DNA of 64,000 nucleotides, from the NCBI RefSeq assembly GCF_009914755.1, contig NC_060929.1; one strand, written 5' to 3'. The position numbers and the translations under genes were made by a program. Shown here piece after piece: positions 1 through 18,559 of this stretch; positions within the stretch are counted from its first letter, which is position 1, and every line of letters starts with the position of its first letter. Below the pieces are notes generated by a model, which made no database searches, was not told where the DNA came from, and was given only the letters and a program-made list of their open reading frames with translations. Source of the DNA: the human T2T-CHM13v2.0 reference genome, Homo sapiens.

Positions 1-516
1 ACAACTCCCAGCAAACAAACCTGAGGAGGATGCCACTGCAGAGGTCACAGTTCCCAGGAGCAATGTGGGCCAGAAGAGAAAGAAGAAAGTCACAGCCCCA
101 AATTCGGGAGGAAGGACTTAGCTCTGGACCAATTAGTTCTTCCACATAAATCAAAACAGAATTCATGGTAGTCTTGGGGGGAGGACGGGGAAGCAAACCA
201 TTTGATATAACTATAAATGATGTTGAAATTTCTAATCCCAAATTTTTAAAGCACCTAAACTGTAAAATAAATAGTATAAACATTAACTATTTTGCTCTTT
301 TAAAATAGCAAAGTAGTAATCTTATTGCTAGTAAAACCTCCTCATCCTCATCTTCCTGAAAAACATATTACAAACCTAACCGTTTGTGACACTTTTCAAG
401 GTGTTTATAAATGAGAACACAGAAAATAATCCATGGCTTATAGGGTTTATAAATGGACTGTCAGGTTGAAATACAGATAAACACAGAGCAGGTTCACACA
501 AACGCAGGAAACCTAC

Positions 517-618
517 ATGCAGCCACCCAGCACAGCTCCGCGGCTGGACATGGCAATGAACACCGAGTCTGCGTCAATCGTGGTGTTGCGGTGGGAGTCG
601 GAGGCAGGATCCACAAAG
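517..618 (-). other. Candidate 102-nt internal exon (minus strand) of an unidentified transcript
   Basis: Minus strand reads gtgtttctgcAG|CTTTGTGG...GGCTGCAT|GTaggt. 7 CpG in 102 nt against a CpG-depleted background. Length is a multiple of 3 and two frames are open. No protein recognised. Confidence 0.4.
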
Positions 619-1129
619 CTGCAGAAACACCAGCCCGCCCAGTTCCCTTTTCAGACCAGGGCTGCAGGGAGAAAGATCAGAGGGCAAGGTCCTAACTTCC
701 TTGACCCAGAAAGAGTTAAGGGATGAAGTGAGATATGCTGAGTCATTGGAATAATGGGAGATTTTGGAGAAAATGTGGGGGATAAAATATTTCTTTTGAG
801 AGGGTTTTGAATGTTTGTCACGGTCAGCACAGGAAGGGAAGGAGAACCCCGCGATGCTGGGTCTTGGAAAAACTGTACTCTCTACCCAACCTCAGCAGCC
901 ATCACTCAGCGCCCCCCCGCTCTGGAGAAAGCTGATGGTGGGTAGTGCCTGACATACCTCTGGTGGCCTTTATTGAGAAAGGGTCCGTATGAGAATATTA
1001 CATTACCTGATGGAAGACAGGGGAAAAAGAAAGAAACAGCAAGAAATAGAGTCATCCCCTCTGCTGTGGTCATGGAAGTGAGAAAAGGATTTAGTAACTT
1101 TGTATCTTCATTAATATAGATGCCTTTGC

Positions 1130-1470
1130 AGGCATAAAAAAGAACGCGATCATGTCTTTTGTGGGAACACGGGTGGAGCTGGAGACCATCATCCTCAGCA
1201 AATTCACACAGGAAGGGGAAACCAAACACTGCATGTTTTCACTTATAAATGGGAGCTAAATGATGAAAACACATGGACACAGAGAGGGGGACAAGAGACG
1301 CTGGGGGCTATAGGAGGGTGGAGGGTGGGAGGAGGGAAAGGATCAGAAAAGTAACTATTGGGTACTGGGCTTAATTCCTGGGTGATAAAATAATCTGTAC
1401 AATAAATCCCCATGACATAAGTTTACCTGTGTAACAAACCTGCACATGTACTCCTGAACTTATAATAAAA
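1130..1470 (+). mobile_element. 5'-truncated L1 3' end (older L1PA/L1PB type)
   Basis: ORF2 C-terminus and 3'UTR motifs (gatcatgtcttttg...ggagctaaatgatg...aacaaacctgcacatgta...aataaaa). Confidence 0.85.
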
Positions 1471-2163
1471 CTATATGTGTGTGTATATATATATATGCCC
1501 TTCTAATTCCAAAAATGACACCAAGACAACTTTTTCTGTAAGTAAAAATACAGGAAAACCTACATTATAAACAGACACACACCGAGATACACACTACAAA
1601 TAGAAGGAAAAGGGAGAAGAGAAATTACATTTTAATATCCCAACTTAAGCAACTTCGTAGTTTCTCAGCAGTCAAGGCAGAAAGGGCAACGTAAGGATCC
1701 TGCAGCCTTCATCATCTATGATATAGTTCACTATTTAATGACTGTTCGCTCAGACACAGGTAGATAGTCTATGCCTATTACACACCCATTACTAACAGAA
1801 GAGCTTCGGGGACAGACTCCTTCATTCCCTGCTGGGGTTTTTTTTCTCCCCATATCCTCCTGCAACAGAAAGTTAGACAAATACAGTGTGGCTTAAGGCC
1901 TAGTAGAGGTGACAAGGAATTGAATAGAAAAATAACAATGGGATGTCTCTCTACTCCATCGTGAGAGGGAAACATTTTCTGAGAGGGACATAGAAGAATG
2001 TGATGAATGCTGTCCTCAGTATCAAATACCTGATAAAATAAAAAAATATTCCACGGATGTTCGGTACTTTGAGAGTGTATAAGTCAAAAATCTGACAGGA
2101 AAGAGATGGCTCATCCAGTTTGTCTCTTTATTAATATCCCCCTTCACCCTTTAAATTATAGAA

Positions 2164-2765
2164 CAGCCATGCATTGCTTAACAATGAGGAGGTGTTCTGG
2201 AAAATGCATCATTAGGCGATTTCATCATTGTTCAAACATAATAGAGTGACTTACTCAAACCTACATAGTCTAGTCTACTATACACCTAGGCTATATGGTA
2301 AAGCCTATTGCTCCTCAGTTATAAACCTGTACAGCATGTTACTCTGCTGAATGCTGTGTAATATTACACAGAGAATTATAACACAATGGTAGGTATTTGT
2401 GCGTCTAAATAGAAAAGGCACAGTAAAAATGTGATATAAAAGATAAAAAAAAGGTATACATGTATAGGGCACTTTCCATGAATGGGACTTCCAGGACTGG
2501 AAGCTGCTCTGCGTGAGTAAGTGAGTGAGTGGTGAGTGAATGTGAAGGTCTAGGACATTACTGTACACTACACTGGACTTTATAAACATCGTACACTTAG
2601 GCTATGCTGAATTTATAACAATTATACAGTAATTATGCTGTGATGTTATAAAGGCTATAACATCACTAGGCTATAGGAATTTTTCAGCTCCATTACAATC
2701 TTATGAAACCACTGTCATATACTTGAGCCTTCTTGACTGAAATGTTGCTGTGTAACATACGACTG
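2164..2765 (+). mobile_element. Tigger3-family (MER7-like) DNA transposon
   Basis: Left TIR cagccatgcattgcttaac and right TIR gttgctgtgtaacatacgactg; internal tacacctaggctatatggt motif. Confidence 0.85.
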
Positions 2766-2999
2766 CATTTGCAAAGGATGCAGGTGGGCGGAAGCCACAG
2801 GATGGTATGGTGGCCCAGGTCTGATGCAACGGTCGAGGCTGTCCATCACCACCCATAGGCATGAAGGGATAAGGGGAGGCAGTGGTTATTGGAAGTTGGA
2901 AATAGATGATAATACAGCAATGGCCATCTTGAGAAGTGATGTGTCGTTTATTTGAGGATTGCAGCAGGCAAATCCTCACCCCCCAGCACCATGAGGAAT

Positions 3000-3190
3000 G
3001 CCAAGGGTATCAAAACCTTGCCTTCATGCCTCTCTGCCCCTCAGATCTCCTTCTGGGGTACCTTTCTGGCTGACTCCAACAGGAAGTCTGGGGACTTTAA
3101 CTATAGTCCACAGAAGACCACCTCCGGGGATAGGGAACCAGGCAAGAAGAATAGCAGTTTTGGAGGGGAAGATAGAAAATGCCCAGGCTA
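3000..3190 (-). mobile_element. LTR33-like (ERVL) fragment
   Basis: Resembles the reverse complement of the LTR33 5' end (cagatctcct...ccaacaggaag...tggaggggaag). Confidence 0.5.
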
Positions 3191-3567
3191 CGTAAGTCTT
3201 TACCGAGCACCAACAATGTTGCATATAAATATAATTTACCCTTTAAAGGGAATTCTATTGGGAGCAAAAGTAAAAATGTTCCAGGTTGATATTTTCTAGT
3301 GATGTGTTTAATATAGTAAAGCAAAAATTATCTTGAGAAAATAAATCATTAACATAGCTTCTAAATCCTTCTTTATGGTATTAACTGTCCTAATGGGGTT
3401 TTGGTAGAAACTGCATAGCTGACACTTTGCAACTGAAGTTTAGAGCAAGAAATTAATGTTGTATATTTAGAAATGCTCCCACAAGGAAATACCAGGGTTC
3501 TAATGGACAAGATGATGGTTCATTGTAAGAAATGAGGTGTTTTTGTTTTGCTGGGTGGCTACTTCAC

Positions 3568-3755
3568 TAGGTTTTCAGATTTGGCAAATAAAAATAAAAG
3601 ATGCTTATTTAAATTTGACTTTCAAATAAACAATAAATCTTTTTAGTGTAAGACTATCCAAAATATTCTATGGGACATACTTATACTAAAAAATTATCTC
3701 ATTATCTAAAATCAAATTTAACTGAACATTCTGTTTTTAAAATCTGATAATCCTA
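3568..3755. mobile_element. MER53 palindromic MITE (hAT)
   Basis: Begins taggttttcagatttggcaaataaaaat and ends aatctgataatccta; central gggacatacttatactaaaaaattat matches the recalled MER53 consensus. Confidence 0.85.
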
Positions 3756-3974
3756 CATCTCACTGCTGTATACAGTTGGTTTACCAGGCCATCATTTGTG
3801 AGACCAGAAGTTTTTGTCAAAAGCCAAGTTTGAATCTCTTCAAGCATTCCATGTGAAATTGACTTAAAATCATTCAAAGTTCTAAAACATGGTCTGGGAT
3901 CATTTCTGGGTTGAGCTTAACAAATTCTCACTTTTGCTATAGCAGAATTTTAATATGGGACCTATCCACTTGTT

Positions 3975-5330
<1,356 letters not shown>

Positions 5331-5359
5331 TTCGTATGTTGAATTGAATTTGGAGACAG

Positions 5360-5690
5360 CTGCGTGTAGGTTTGGTCCTCCCAGGAAACTGACCCTGAGA
5401 TGAACATTAGCATGCAAAAGACTATTGGAGAAAGCTGCTGGGATCAATACCTGTGAAGGGAGCAGGATGGAGCAGAGGGAGAAGCTGAGTTGTGATTCAG
5501 CCTCAGTGAAAGCCTTCGTCTGCCGTGCAGGGAGTTTAGAAAATGGGGTGGCCATTCAGTGCTATCTTGAGCTAGGCCAGAGGGTTGGGCCTTCATACCT
5601 CTATGTGGATCAGTCATTGACTGTGGGACCCCTCAGAAAGGGGTGTGACCTTGAGTTAGACAGGTCCTCTTCAGCTGAGATAATCAATGT
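5360..5690 (-). mobile_element. LTR16-family (ERVL) LTR fragment
   Basis: gaccctgagatg...gggatcaatacctgtgaaggg...cagagggagaagctgagttgtgat pattern. Confidence 0.65.
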
Positions 5691-5784
5691 ACCAAAACTA
5701 TAATTAGTCTTTCTATTGCAACTGCCTTCAACCATCTTGCTCCTTTCCTCATCAATGAAACAGCATGAAACTCCAACCACTTAA

Positions 5785-6104
<320 letters not shown>

Positions 6105-6120
6105 TTAAACTATGTTTTCG

Positions 6121-6426
6121 TCTTTTCTTTCTTTCTTTCTTTTTTGTGGAGACAGAGTCTCACTATGTCGCCCAGGCTGGAGTGCAATGGTGCAATCTCG
6201 GCTCACTGCAACCTCCCTTCTGGGTTCAAGTGATTCTTCTGCCTCAGCCTCCCAAGTAGTTGGGACTACAGGCACGTGCCACCACACTCAGCTAATTTTT
6301 GTATTTTTAGTAGAGATGGGGTTTCACCATATTGGCCAGGCTGGTCTCGAACTCCTGACCTCATGATCTGCCCGCCTCTGCCTCCCAAAGTGCTGGGATT
6401 ATAGGTGTGAGCCACCATGCCCGGCC
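6121..6426 (-). mobile_element. AluS, directly adjacent to the previous Alu
   Basis: Full Alu consensus match with T-rich tail. Confidence 0.93.
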
Positions 6427-6429
6427 ATT

Positions 6430-8130
6430 TTCTTATTTTCCTATGCCTGCACGTGAGCAGCAGAATGTTGTCAAGAGATCCCAAAACTGAGCTGACTGGT
6501 CTTATGACTAACTTTGCCACCACTAATGTTGAATAGGCTCCCAGGCTGGCCACTAATCTTTACTGTATTTCTCAACTAGGCTAGACTTCTTATTGTTGGA
6601 GCTATTCATGTATTTCCCTCTTCCGTAAAGCCTTCTCCACCCCCACATAGGCACTTCCATCTTCTCTGTTAGCTGGTGACTTAACCTAATACTTCACTAA
6701 AACGTTGATATCCTCATCCACAAACTCAGTTATATTCCCCATTGCATGGTTCCACCTGTATTTGCTCCGTCTTTTTATTCTCCTCTTTCAAAGGCTGATC
6801 CCTTCCTGTCCCCATCCCACCCTTACTTCTCAAAACCATTTCTTCTTCAACTATAAGCCCACTCTTTCCTATATCATCAGCCCTCCCTCTAATTATTCCT
6901 ATCATTATACAATATGTTTTTCTCTCTTCCAACATTAAAAACATCTCTTTTGGCCCTGTGCCTGTTTTAAACTGCTTTCCCATACCTTTGTCTCCTCTTA
7001 TGTCTTGCTTTTTTAGAAGAACTTAGGTATATATTAAAGGTGTCTACTCCCAATCTACACTTCTGTCTCTTTCATTCTGCATCTGTTCTGCTTCTACTTG
7101 TTTCACTCTACCAAAACTGCAGTTTTCCAGGTCATGAACAATTGCTCTATTTTCAGACTCATAGATACCCTGGTCCTGCATTATTCGAAGTTGTCTATTG
7201 CAGGTCATTGTTGAAATTTCCTTCTCCCTCTTGACCTCAGCAATGACACTCCCTGGGGGTCCTTCTGGCCAGCGGCTGCTCCTTCCTTGTCTCCTTGCCT
7301 TGTCCTTATTCTCAGCTTTGCCCTTTTACTATTCTTCTAGCGTTTGTCCTGTCCATACCTTCTCCCTACCTTTTATTGCTTATTCCCATGGATTTAAATA
7401 TTCCCTATCAGCTGACTTTTGATTTAATTCTCCATCCTGGACGTTTCCTCTATCTTCAGGTGCCTTCTTGACATCTCCACTGGAGTTTCCCCCAGGTGTC
7501 GCATTCTAATCTGTCACATAGTTAACTCTTCATCTGCCCTCACACACCTCCTCCATATGTCCTCTCAAATGATGTCTTAAGTCTCCCCACGCCTCTGCAT
7601 CACCACAGCATCCACCTTGCCCATCTTCCACTTGGCCTGTTGCCAACCTCCTAACACAGTCTTCTCTGTTCCTTTGCTTCCTTCGATCTGTTCTCCACAC
7701 AGCAGATAATCTTCTTGAAGTATAAATCAGATCATGCCACTTGCCTGCTTAAAACTTTTCAAAGGTTTCACATTGTGCTTAGAATAAAACCAAAACTCTC
7801 TGTAGGAATGTGAATAATTTGATCTCTACCTGTCTTTTCTACTTTATGTTACCTTCTTTCTTACCCAACTGTCTCAAGTCATATTGGTTTTTCCTTTCCA
7901 AGCTGTCACCAAGCTCTTTCCTGATTTAGGACGTACTGTTTTCTCTGTCTAAAAAATACCTACCTCCCACCCCCACTTATTGAATTTCTATTTTTCCTTA
8001 CTATTCCTCTGGTTTCAGCTTAAATATAATTTTCTTAATGAAGTCTTCCAAGCCCTTTCTCTAAAGCTTGTTTTGTCTTTAACTCAGGTTCTTGTTTCCT
8101 ACTTATAACTTGTCACAATTTCTTCTAACC
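6430..8130 (+). mobile_element. L2 fragments
   Basis: Pyrimidine-rich L2 ORF2/3' sequence (aaatcagatcatgccacttgcctgcttaaaac, cttagaataaaaccaaaactc). Confidence 0.6.
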
Positions 8131-8542
8131 TGTTTTTTTCGCCTAGTTTACAAGGGCTGGGGGATCCTCTGACAGAGTTGCCCATGTGCTCACCGCTGCT
8201 GTTGGACAAATGAAGCCTGGATGTGAAAGGGGTGTGATGTGGGAGAGGCCATCACACAAGAAGAAGCAGCTGTTTTCATTGTGTTGTGTCTGAAGTTATA
8301 GCAAGACATTCAGAAGCAGGGACAAAGCGTTTGCATTTGGCAAAGACACAGAGGCAAGTACAAAATGATGAGATTCTATGCAAGGATGCAAAGATGAAAT
8401 TTTATATCTATGCTGCTCTGTGTACCTCACACGAAAGCACAAATGTTCATCAAAAGTAGATAAAAAATTAGAGCAGAAATAAAGTTAGATAAAATGGAAA
8501 AGCAGTGTAAGGACTGTTATGAAACATTTACAAAACATTATT

Positions 8543-11844
<3,302 letters not shown>

Positions 11845-13652
11845 GTTGCTGCTACCACCCTGATGAAGCACTTTAGTGGGCCCCCCATCGGAGTGTTGTT
11901 GCCAGCAGACTGGGAGGGAACACCTCGACCTTCCCAGTGCAGCGGGTTCCTAACTTCAAGGGGACAGAGAACAAAGCTGGGGATGTGGTACTAGCCCCCC
12001 GGCATTAGCTCATGCAGCCCAAGAGTGATGAGCTGAGCCCTGGTCCCCTGAATTCTCCCTGAAACAAAGCCAGTCAACTGATTCTACCTTATACCACAAT
12101 CAAACCCTCAAGAGCATCAAGTAATAAAAAAGCAAAAAATCCCAATCCAAAGGACATCAAAATCAAAGGTTAATGGAACATCATCCTACACCGATAAGGA
12201 AAAAAACAGCACAAGAACTCTGGCTACTCAAAAAGCCAGACTGTTTTCTTACCTCCAAACAACCACACTCATTCCACAGGAATGGTTGTTAAGCAGACTG
12301 AACTGGCTGAAATGACAGGTATAGAATTCAGAATCTGGATAGGAACGAAGATCACTGAGATTCAGAAGAATGCCAAAACGCAATCCAAAAAAACCTAAGG
12401 AATCCAATAAAACAATACAAGACATGAAAGATGAAATAGTCTTCATAAGAAAGAATCAAACTGAGTTGATAGAGCTGAATTTCACAATACAATCACAAGT
12501 ATTAACAGCAGAATAGACCAGCCTGAGAAAAGAATCTCAGAGCTCAAAGACTAGTTCTTCAAATCAACTCTGTCAGATGAAAATCAATAAAAAGAATTAA
12601 AAAGAATGAACAAGGCCTCCAAGAAATCTGAGATTATGTAAAAAGACAAATCTGTGACTCATTGGCATCTCTGAAAGGGAAGCTGAGAAAGCAACCAACT
12701 TGAAAACATAGTTTAGGATATTGTCCATAAAATTTACCCAACCTCACTAGAGAGGCAAACATTCAAATTCAGAAAGTGTAGATAACCCCTGTGAGATAGT
12801 ATACAAGATGACCATTTCCAAGACGCATAGTCATCAGATTCTCCAAGGTCAACATGAAAGAAAAAAGTATTAAAAGAAGCTAGAGAAAAGGGGCAGGTCA
12901 CCTACAAAGGGAACCCTATCAGGCTGACAGTAGATCTTCCAGCAGAAACCCTGTAAGTCAGAAGAGATTGGGAACCTATATTCAGCATTCCTAAAGAAAA
13001 TAAATTCCAACCAAATATTTTATATCCAGCCAAACTAAGCTTCATAAGCAAAGGAGAAATAAGATCATTTTCAGATAAGCAAATGCTAAGGGAATTCATT
13101 ACCACCAGACTGTCCTTACATGAGGTCTTTAAAGGAGTGCTAAAAATGGAAAAGAAAGACCATTATCAGCCAACACAAAGCACACTTAAATACATAGACC
13201 ATTGACACTATTTTAAAACACCAAATAATCAAGGCTGTGTGATAACTAGCTGATATAATGATAAGAAGATCAAATCCTCACATATCAATATTAACCTTGA
13301 ACATAAGTGGGTTGAATGCCCCACTTAAAAGTCACAGAGTGGCAAGTTGCATAAAAAGCAAGACCCAATTGTATACTGTCTTCAAGAGACCCATCTCAAT
13401 TCAATGACACCCATAGGCTCAAAGTAAAGAGATGAAGAAAAATCTACCAAGAAACTAGAAAACAAAACAAAAGAAAAAGTAGGGGTTGCTATTTTAATTT
13501 TGGACAAAACAGACTTTAAACCAATAATAATAAAAAAAGACAAAGATGAGCATTGCATAATGGTAAAGCGTTCAATTCAATCAGAAGATTTAACTCTTCT
13601 AAGTATATATGTACCCAACACAGGAGCACCCAGATTTATATAAAACATTCTT
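11845..13652 (+). mobile_element. L1 inverted 5' part: partial 5'UTR, ORF1 (~12194-13190) and start of ORF2 endonuclease (~13258-13652)
   Basis: ORF1-like gaaatgacaggtatagaattcagaatctggata and ccagccaaactaagcttcataagc; ORF2 start tcaaatcctcacatatcaatattaaccttgaa and cccaacacaggagcacccagatt (PNTGAPRF). Confidence 0.9.
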
Positions 13653-13798
13653 GAAGAATGGCCTATAATATGCTTTGATTCCAATGTAAGTGTGGAGTAG
13701 GGGCAATTATAAAATGATAATTATTTCAGGTATTTATCATCATGAAGTTATATATACATGTTCACATACATATATACATACACACACACACACATACA

Positions 13799-14314
13799 TG
13801 TAACTGGACCCTTTGGGATTTCAGCAACACAGATTTTTTTAGTCACTGAAATCATGAAAATTCTGATCAGGCCCTTGCTTGATGGCACAGGTTAACTGCT
13901 CACTTTTTGCCCAACATTCTATGTTCCTACAATATAAATATAAACTGCTGATGTCCTGTTTCTTTGTCAAGCTGGAGGAAATAACTTCAGGGTCACAAAA
14001 AAGTCTGCGGAAGGAATGAACGCCCTGAAGGACATTGTAACCAGCTGTTGATGCCCAGAAGTCTTGTTGCTCAAGGTTTTATCTATGATGAACCAGACTT
14101 TTTCCCCTGGATTCCTGAAACTCCCCTACCTTATTCTCCTGCTGCATAAAAACTCCCTGCTTCTTCTTTTTGTTAAGATGGGTTTGAGGGATCTTGTCCA
14201 TTCACCTTCTCACTTTGGCCAAATCAAATAAGTTTTTATCTCTAAGCACCTGTGACTCAGTGTTTGGCCTCAGCTGCACATCAGGTATATAATCCTGAAT
14301 TTGAGGTTCCACAA
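13799..14314 (+). mobile_element. Solo LTR, probably ERV1 class (family not determined)
   Basis: Starts TGTAAC and ends ...CCACA(AGA), ~515 bp; TATA-like cataaaaa at ~14145 and polyA-like aaataag at ~14226; sits inside a CA/TA microsatellite. Confidence 0.65.
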
Positions 14315-14419
14315 GATATACACACACCCACACACAGCATATTATATTGCCACGTTGTGGTGCTTTTTATGGAATAATCATTTCTGTAAATGGCCTGTAG
14401 GCTATAAAGAAAAACACCT

Positions 14420-15240
14420 GCCTCTATTCATTCACTGAACCCGTATTTCCTAAGTACTTATGACTTCCAGTCCCTCCTACCTGCACTGGGGATATGTCAG
14501 GCAATAACAACAGAAAGCAACAAGCCGGCAGCCAGGTATTGAAAGCTGCTAGGGGAGAAAATAGTGAAAGGAGATCATGTAAACCAAGGAGAGTTTCTCC
14601 TTCATATGGATGGCCAGGGAAGGCCTCAGGGAGGCAGCAGCATTTTAACAGAGAAGTCAAGCCGATCTATGGGGGACAGCACTCCAGGGGCAAAGAACAG
14701 CAGGTCCAAGTGCCTCAGGCGAGGGGAGTGTGCTTGGCAAGGGAGATGTGGGCCTTTGTGCCTAAGGACAGTGAGTAATGGGAGGTGATGAGGTGGCAGA
14801 GGTGTGGGCAGCGGTGCCATATTGCATGGGGACCTTGTTGGTCATCGTGAGACTATGGTTTTCCCAACGGAGATGGGGAGCCATTGGAGGAGATTCTGCA
14901 AGAGTGACGTGGTCTGACACAGCCTTTAGGGGAGAAATCTGATGACCATGCAGAGATAGAAGCAGAAAAGCAGGTCCCCACAGGAGGAACCCATTCGGGT
15001 GTGACAGAGATGTGGGCAGAGGGCAGCAGGGTGGCGTCAGCCAGTCACACCCTCGAGTGCTCTGAAAGTAAAGACAATAGAATTTGCTGGTGGACTGGAC
15101 ACAGGGTGAGAGGAAGGGAGAAACTGGCCCAACACTTCTTCCCAGGCAACTGGAAGCATGGGGTTTCCACTTTCAGAGATGCGTGGGAGAGAGGAGCAGG
15201 TAGCGGGGGTGGAAGAACCAGGTGAGGCCGTTGGAGACTC
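14420..15240 (-). mobile_element. L2
   Basis: tattcattcactgaac tail; gatggggagccattggaggagattctg motif. Confidence 0.65.
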
Positions 15241-17030
15241 TGATATTACTATTCACCCTTTTTATTGAAAAGGATGTCGTCATTGACTCAATAGGACAGA
15301 TGTGAAAAACTGAAAGAGACATCTTGTTCTTCTCATAACCTCCCCCCTCATTTTGTACATTTGCACATAGAGAAGTTACTAGAAGGGACAGTGTGAGTGT
15401 GGCTCTGAGGTCCTTCAGTAACCCATCCATAGCAGTCTGCAGCTGGGCACTCATACTGAGCCACATGGCAGCTGCAGTCAGTGTCTCCCGGTGCAGGGCA
15501 TTGCGGGCTGGAGCCTCGCTCACTTTGTTCTGTCCCTCCCATGTCACTCCCGTCTTGAGCAGACCCAGCCTCCTTCTTGGATGGAGTGAATCCACTTCTA
15601 TATTTGAAGTAATCTTTCATGTATTTTGAAAACACCTAGGCTCCAAATCCTCCTCTAAGCCTACTTTCTTGACTTTTGACTAAAAACGTCTCTTTGCAGT
15701 TATTAATATTCTTCTTGATTTTGCCAATCTTGCAAGTGGATAGGAGTAAATCTTCAAGGGAGTTTAGCTAACTGTTCCTTCATTTTATGTGTTTAGGGAT
15801 CCTGTGGATTTCTGTATGTGGGAATCCCATTTTACTGTTCTAGTGGCCTGACCTGGCCAAAGGGAGTCCAGTCAAGTTTGTCTGTTATCCTGAACTTTGG
15901 TCATTTTCCAGATTTATATTGCACTGAAGAAAAATGTATTTTGCCATATGTATCTTAAGCAAAACCGTTAACAGATACTTTGTGATTTTCCTTTTTCTCT
16001 GAAAAAGCATTCGGAAATTGATCTAGCTTTATAGAGATCATATTTAACCCACCCCAAAAAGAACTAAGACAATATCCTATTGATTTAAGAAAATAATCCT
16101 GTATTGACAAGGTTGTGAATTACGGCATATTTCTAGGGACCAACATCATCAGTGGCAGCAGAGGTGAGGATGAGGAATATGATTACAGAAGTTTATTTCA
16201 TCTCACATGAGACATTCCAGCTCAGTCCAATATAACAGCTGCAATGTGAACACAAGCTATTGATTCAAAGCTGCCACCTGCTTAGCCACGTCAAGAGGCA
16301 GGAGCTTAATATATCAGATGGTATTTGCTGTTTAGTCTCAGGTGGTAGCCCAGAATCAATATCCTTAAATCAAGAATCTCTATATTAACCAAGAGCAGGC
16401 ACATTTATTATAATTCTGGTCCTCTCCTGTTGTTAGCAGATGGAACCAGGTGCAGGGCTCCAGCTTGTTCTGTCATGCGGCCCTAAATACTGTCTTTGTG
16501 TTATCCTCCACAATTATATTCTCTCCTAACTATGAAGAGTCTGGAACAGGCTTACCCTAAAGTATATTGGTCAAAATATTTGACTATTTGAAAAGATAAA
16601 ATATTAAATCATAGCCTAATGGCACTTGCTTTAAGAATTATATGTGAAAATTAACTGATCCATACAAATTGAAGGTGGTACAGATCCAAACACAATGAAA
16701 ATAATATCAAAGCCAAGAAATCACCAAGTACAGAAACCCACATATGGAAACCCACAGGAAATTGGAAGTATATTGAAGGACGGCCAGAAGAACACAAAAC
16801 ACACATCCCACTTTCCTGGAGTCTCCAAATGAGCTATGGTGTAGTCCTCATAACTAGCTTTAGGGAGCACAACAGTTTATTTAAAAAAAAAAAAAAGGCT
16901 TAATTTTTTTTTCGTGGCCTCGCTCTATGAGAGAAATTTATAGGGGTTACTTGGTGGATTCCTGAGCAGTGTGAATAATCTTGTAGCCAATAGTTTCTTG
17001 TAAAATCCAAAGGGCGTTCACATAGAGTGG

Positions 17031-17363
<333 letters not shown>

Positions 17364-17829
17364 TAGTGAAAGCCAAGTTTGAGGTTTATAAAGACAGGTC
17401 TACTGGCAAGCAGTGGATAGTTTGTTCATGTAGCTTTGTGGACCTGAGTACACTTGTATCTTCAATTTACTTGATGTTTTATGGAAAATCTTAAGTAATA
17501 AATTAAATATCAGAAAATATTGTTTTATATTGAATCAGACCAAATGTATTATGAAACACTACAACATTTGCATTGGTTTCCTAATAAAAGATCCAGTGGA
17601 AGGCACTATCAAAACATTCGCATACCAATTGCAAAAGGTAGGTGTTTTAATAAAACCCAGTACCCTATTTATATAGGGAATTTGTCCTAACAAAAGACTC
17701 TTTCTACATTTTAAGATCTCTCAGTATCATTTTAGTAAAGATTTAATGGGAATTTAAAAAAAACCCTTGAATCTGTACTGCTGTCATTCGATTCGGTTCC
17801 CAAACAATTCCTGTCTGAATTTGAGAGTC

Positions 17830-18050
17830 ATTAATAATCACAAAAGCTAATATTTGCGTAACACACACCACCACAATCTGTTCTCAATGTATCTTCCAAG
17901 CATTTTCATAAGTCAAGGACTAATAGTAGCTTTCAAGTTTTACAATAGAAAAATGTTGGCACCAAGAAGTTAAGGAGCCTTCTGAGGCTGTGCGCTGGTG
18001 AGTGGTAGACTGGATTCAAAGCCCGAGTGTGCACTCTCAGCTGTTGGCCT
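17830..18050. mobile_element. MIR
   Basis: MIR-like core (gaagttaag...ggattcaaagcccgagtgtg). Confidence 0.5.
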
Positions 18051-18444
18051 ATATTCTCTGCCTAATCACAAAAATGAAATTTGTGCTTAAGCTTTTTATT
18101 TTAGATGAAACAATGAAAAACACTATCAAGTCCAGTGTGGTTTTTTTTTTGCATGTAAGATACTGGATTGGAAAAACCACTCCTCCATTTTAACAATAAG
18201 ATAATTGTCAGGGACATTTCTGAGCTAGTTAGTCGAATTTAAAAAACATTGGATTTGTATTGCGGGATTGAGTGAGGTTGTAATTTAAGGAGTTCAACTG
18301 GTGTTTTGTTTGTTTCTGTAACAACACTAACTTTTAGACTTGAACTCCTATGGCTTGAGCTATGTAGAGAAACTTAATTCAAGTGAAGAATTTAGCAAGA
18401 ATACTGGGTCATCAGAGCAACTGAAATTTTAGCGACTCGGTAGA

Positions 18445-18473
18445 TACCTATCATTATCATTATCATTATTACC

Positions 18474-18506
<33 letters not shown>

Positions 18507-18508
18507 CA
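18445..18508. repeat. (TCATTA)n/(TTA)n simple repeat with duplicated tacctatcattatcattatcattat
   Basis: Visible directly in the sequence. Confidence 0.85.
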
Positions 18509-18559
18509 CCATAAATCAGTCTCACAGAAATGATAATAGTAACGCATAGAACAACAAGC

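Noticed and set aside
905-926. CTCF-like motif (reverse complement CCAGAGCGGGGGGGCGCTG)
   Set aside because: Only the 3' half fits; the 5' core is out of register
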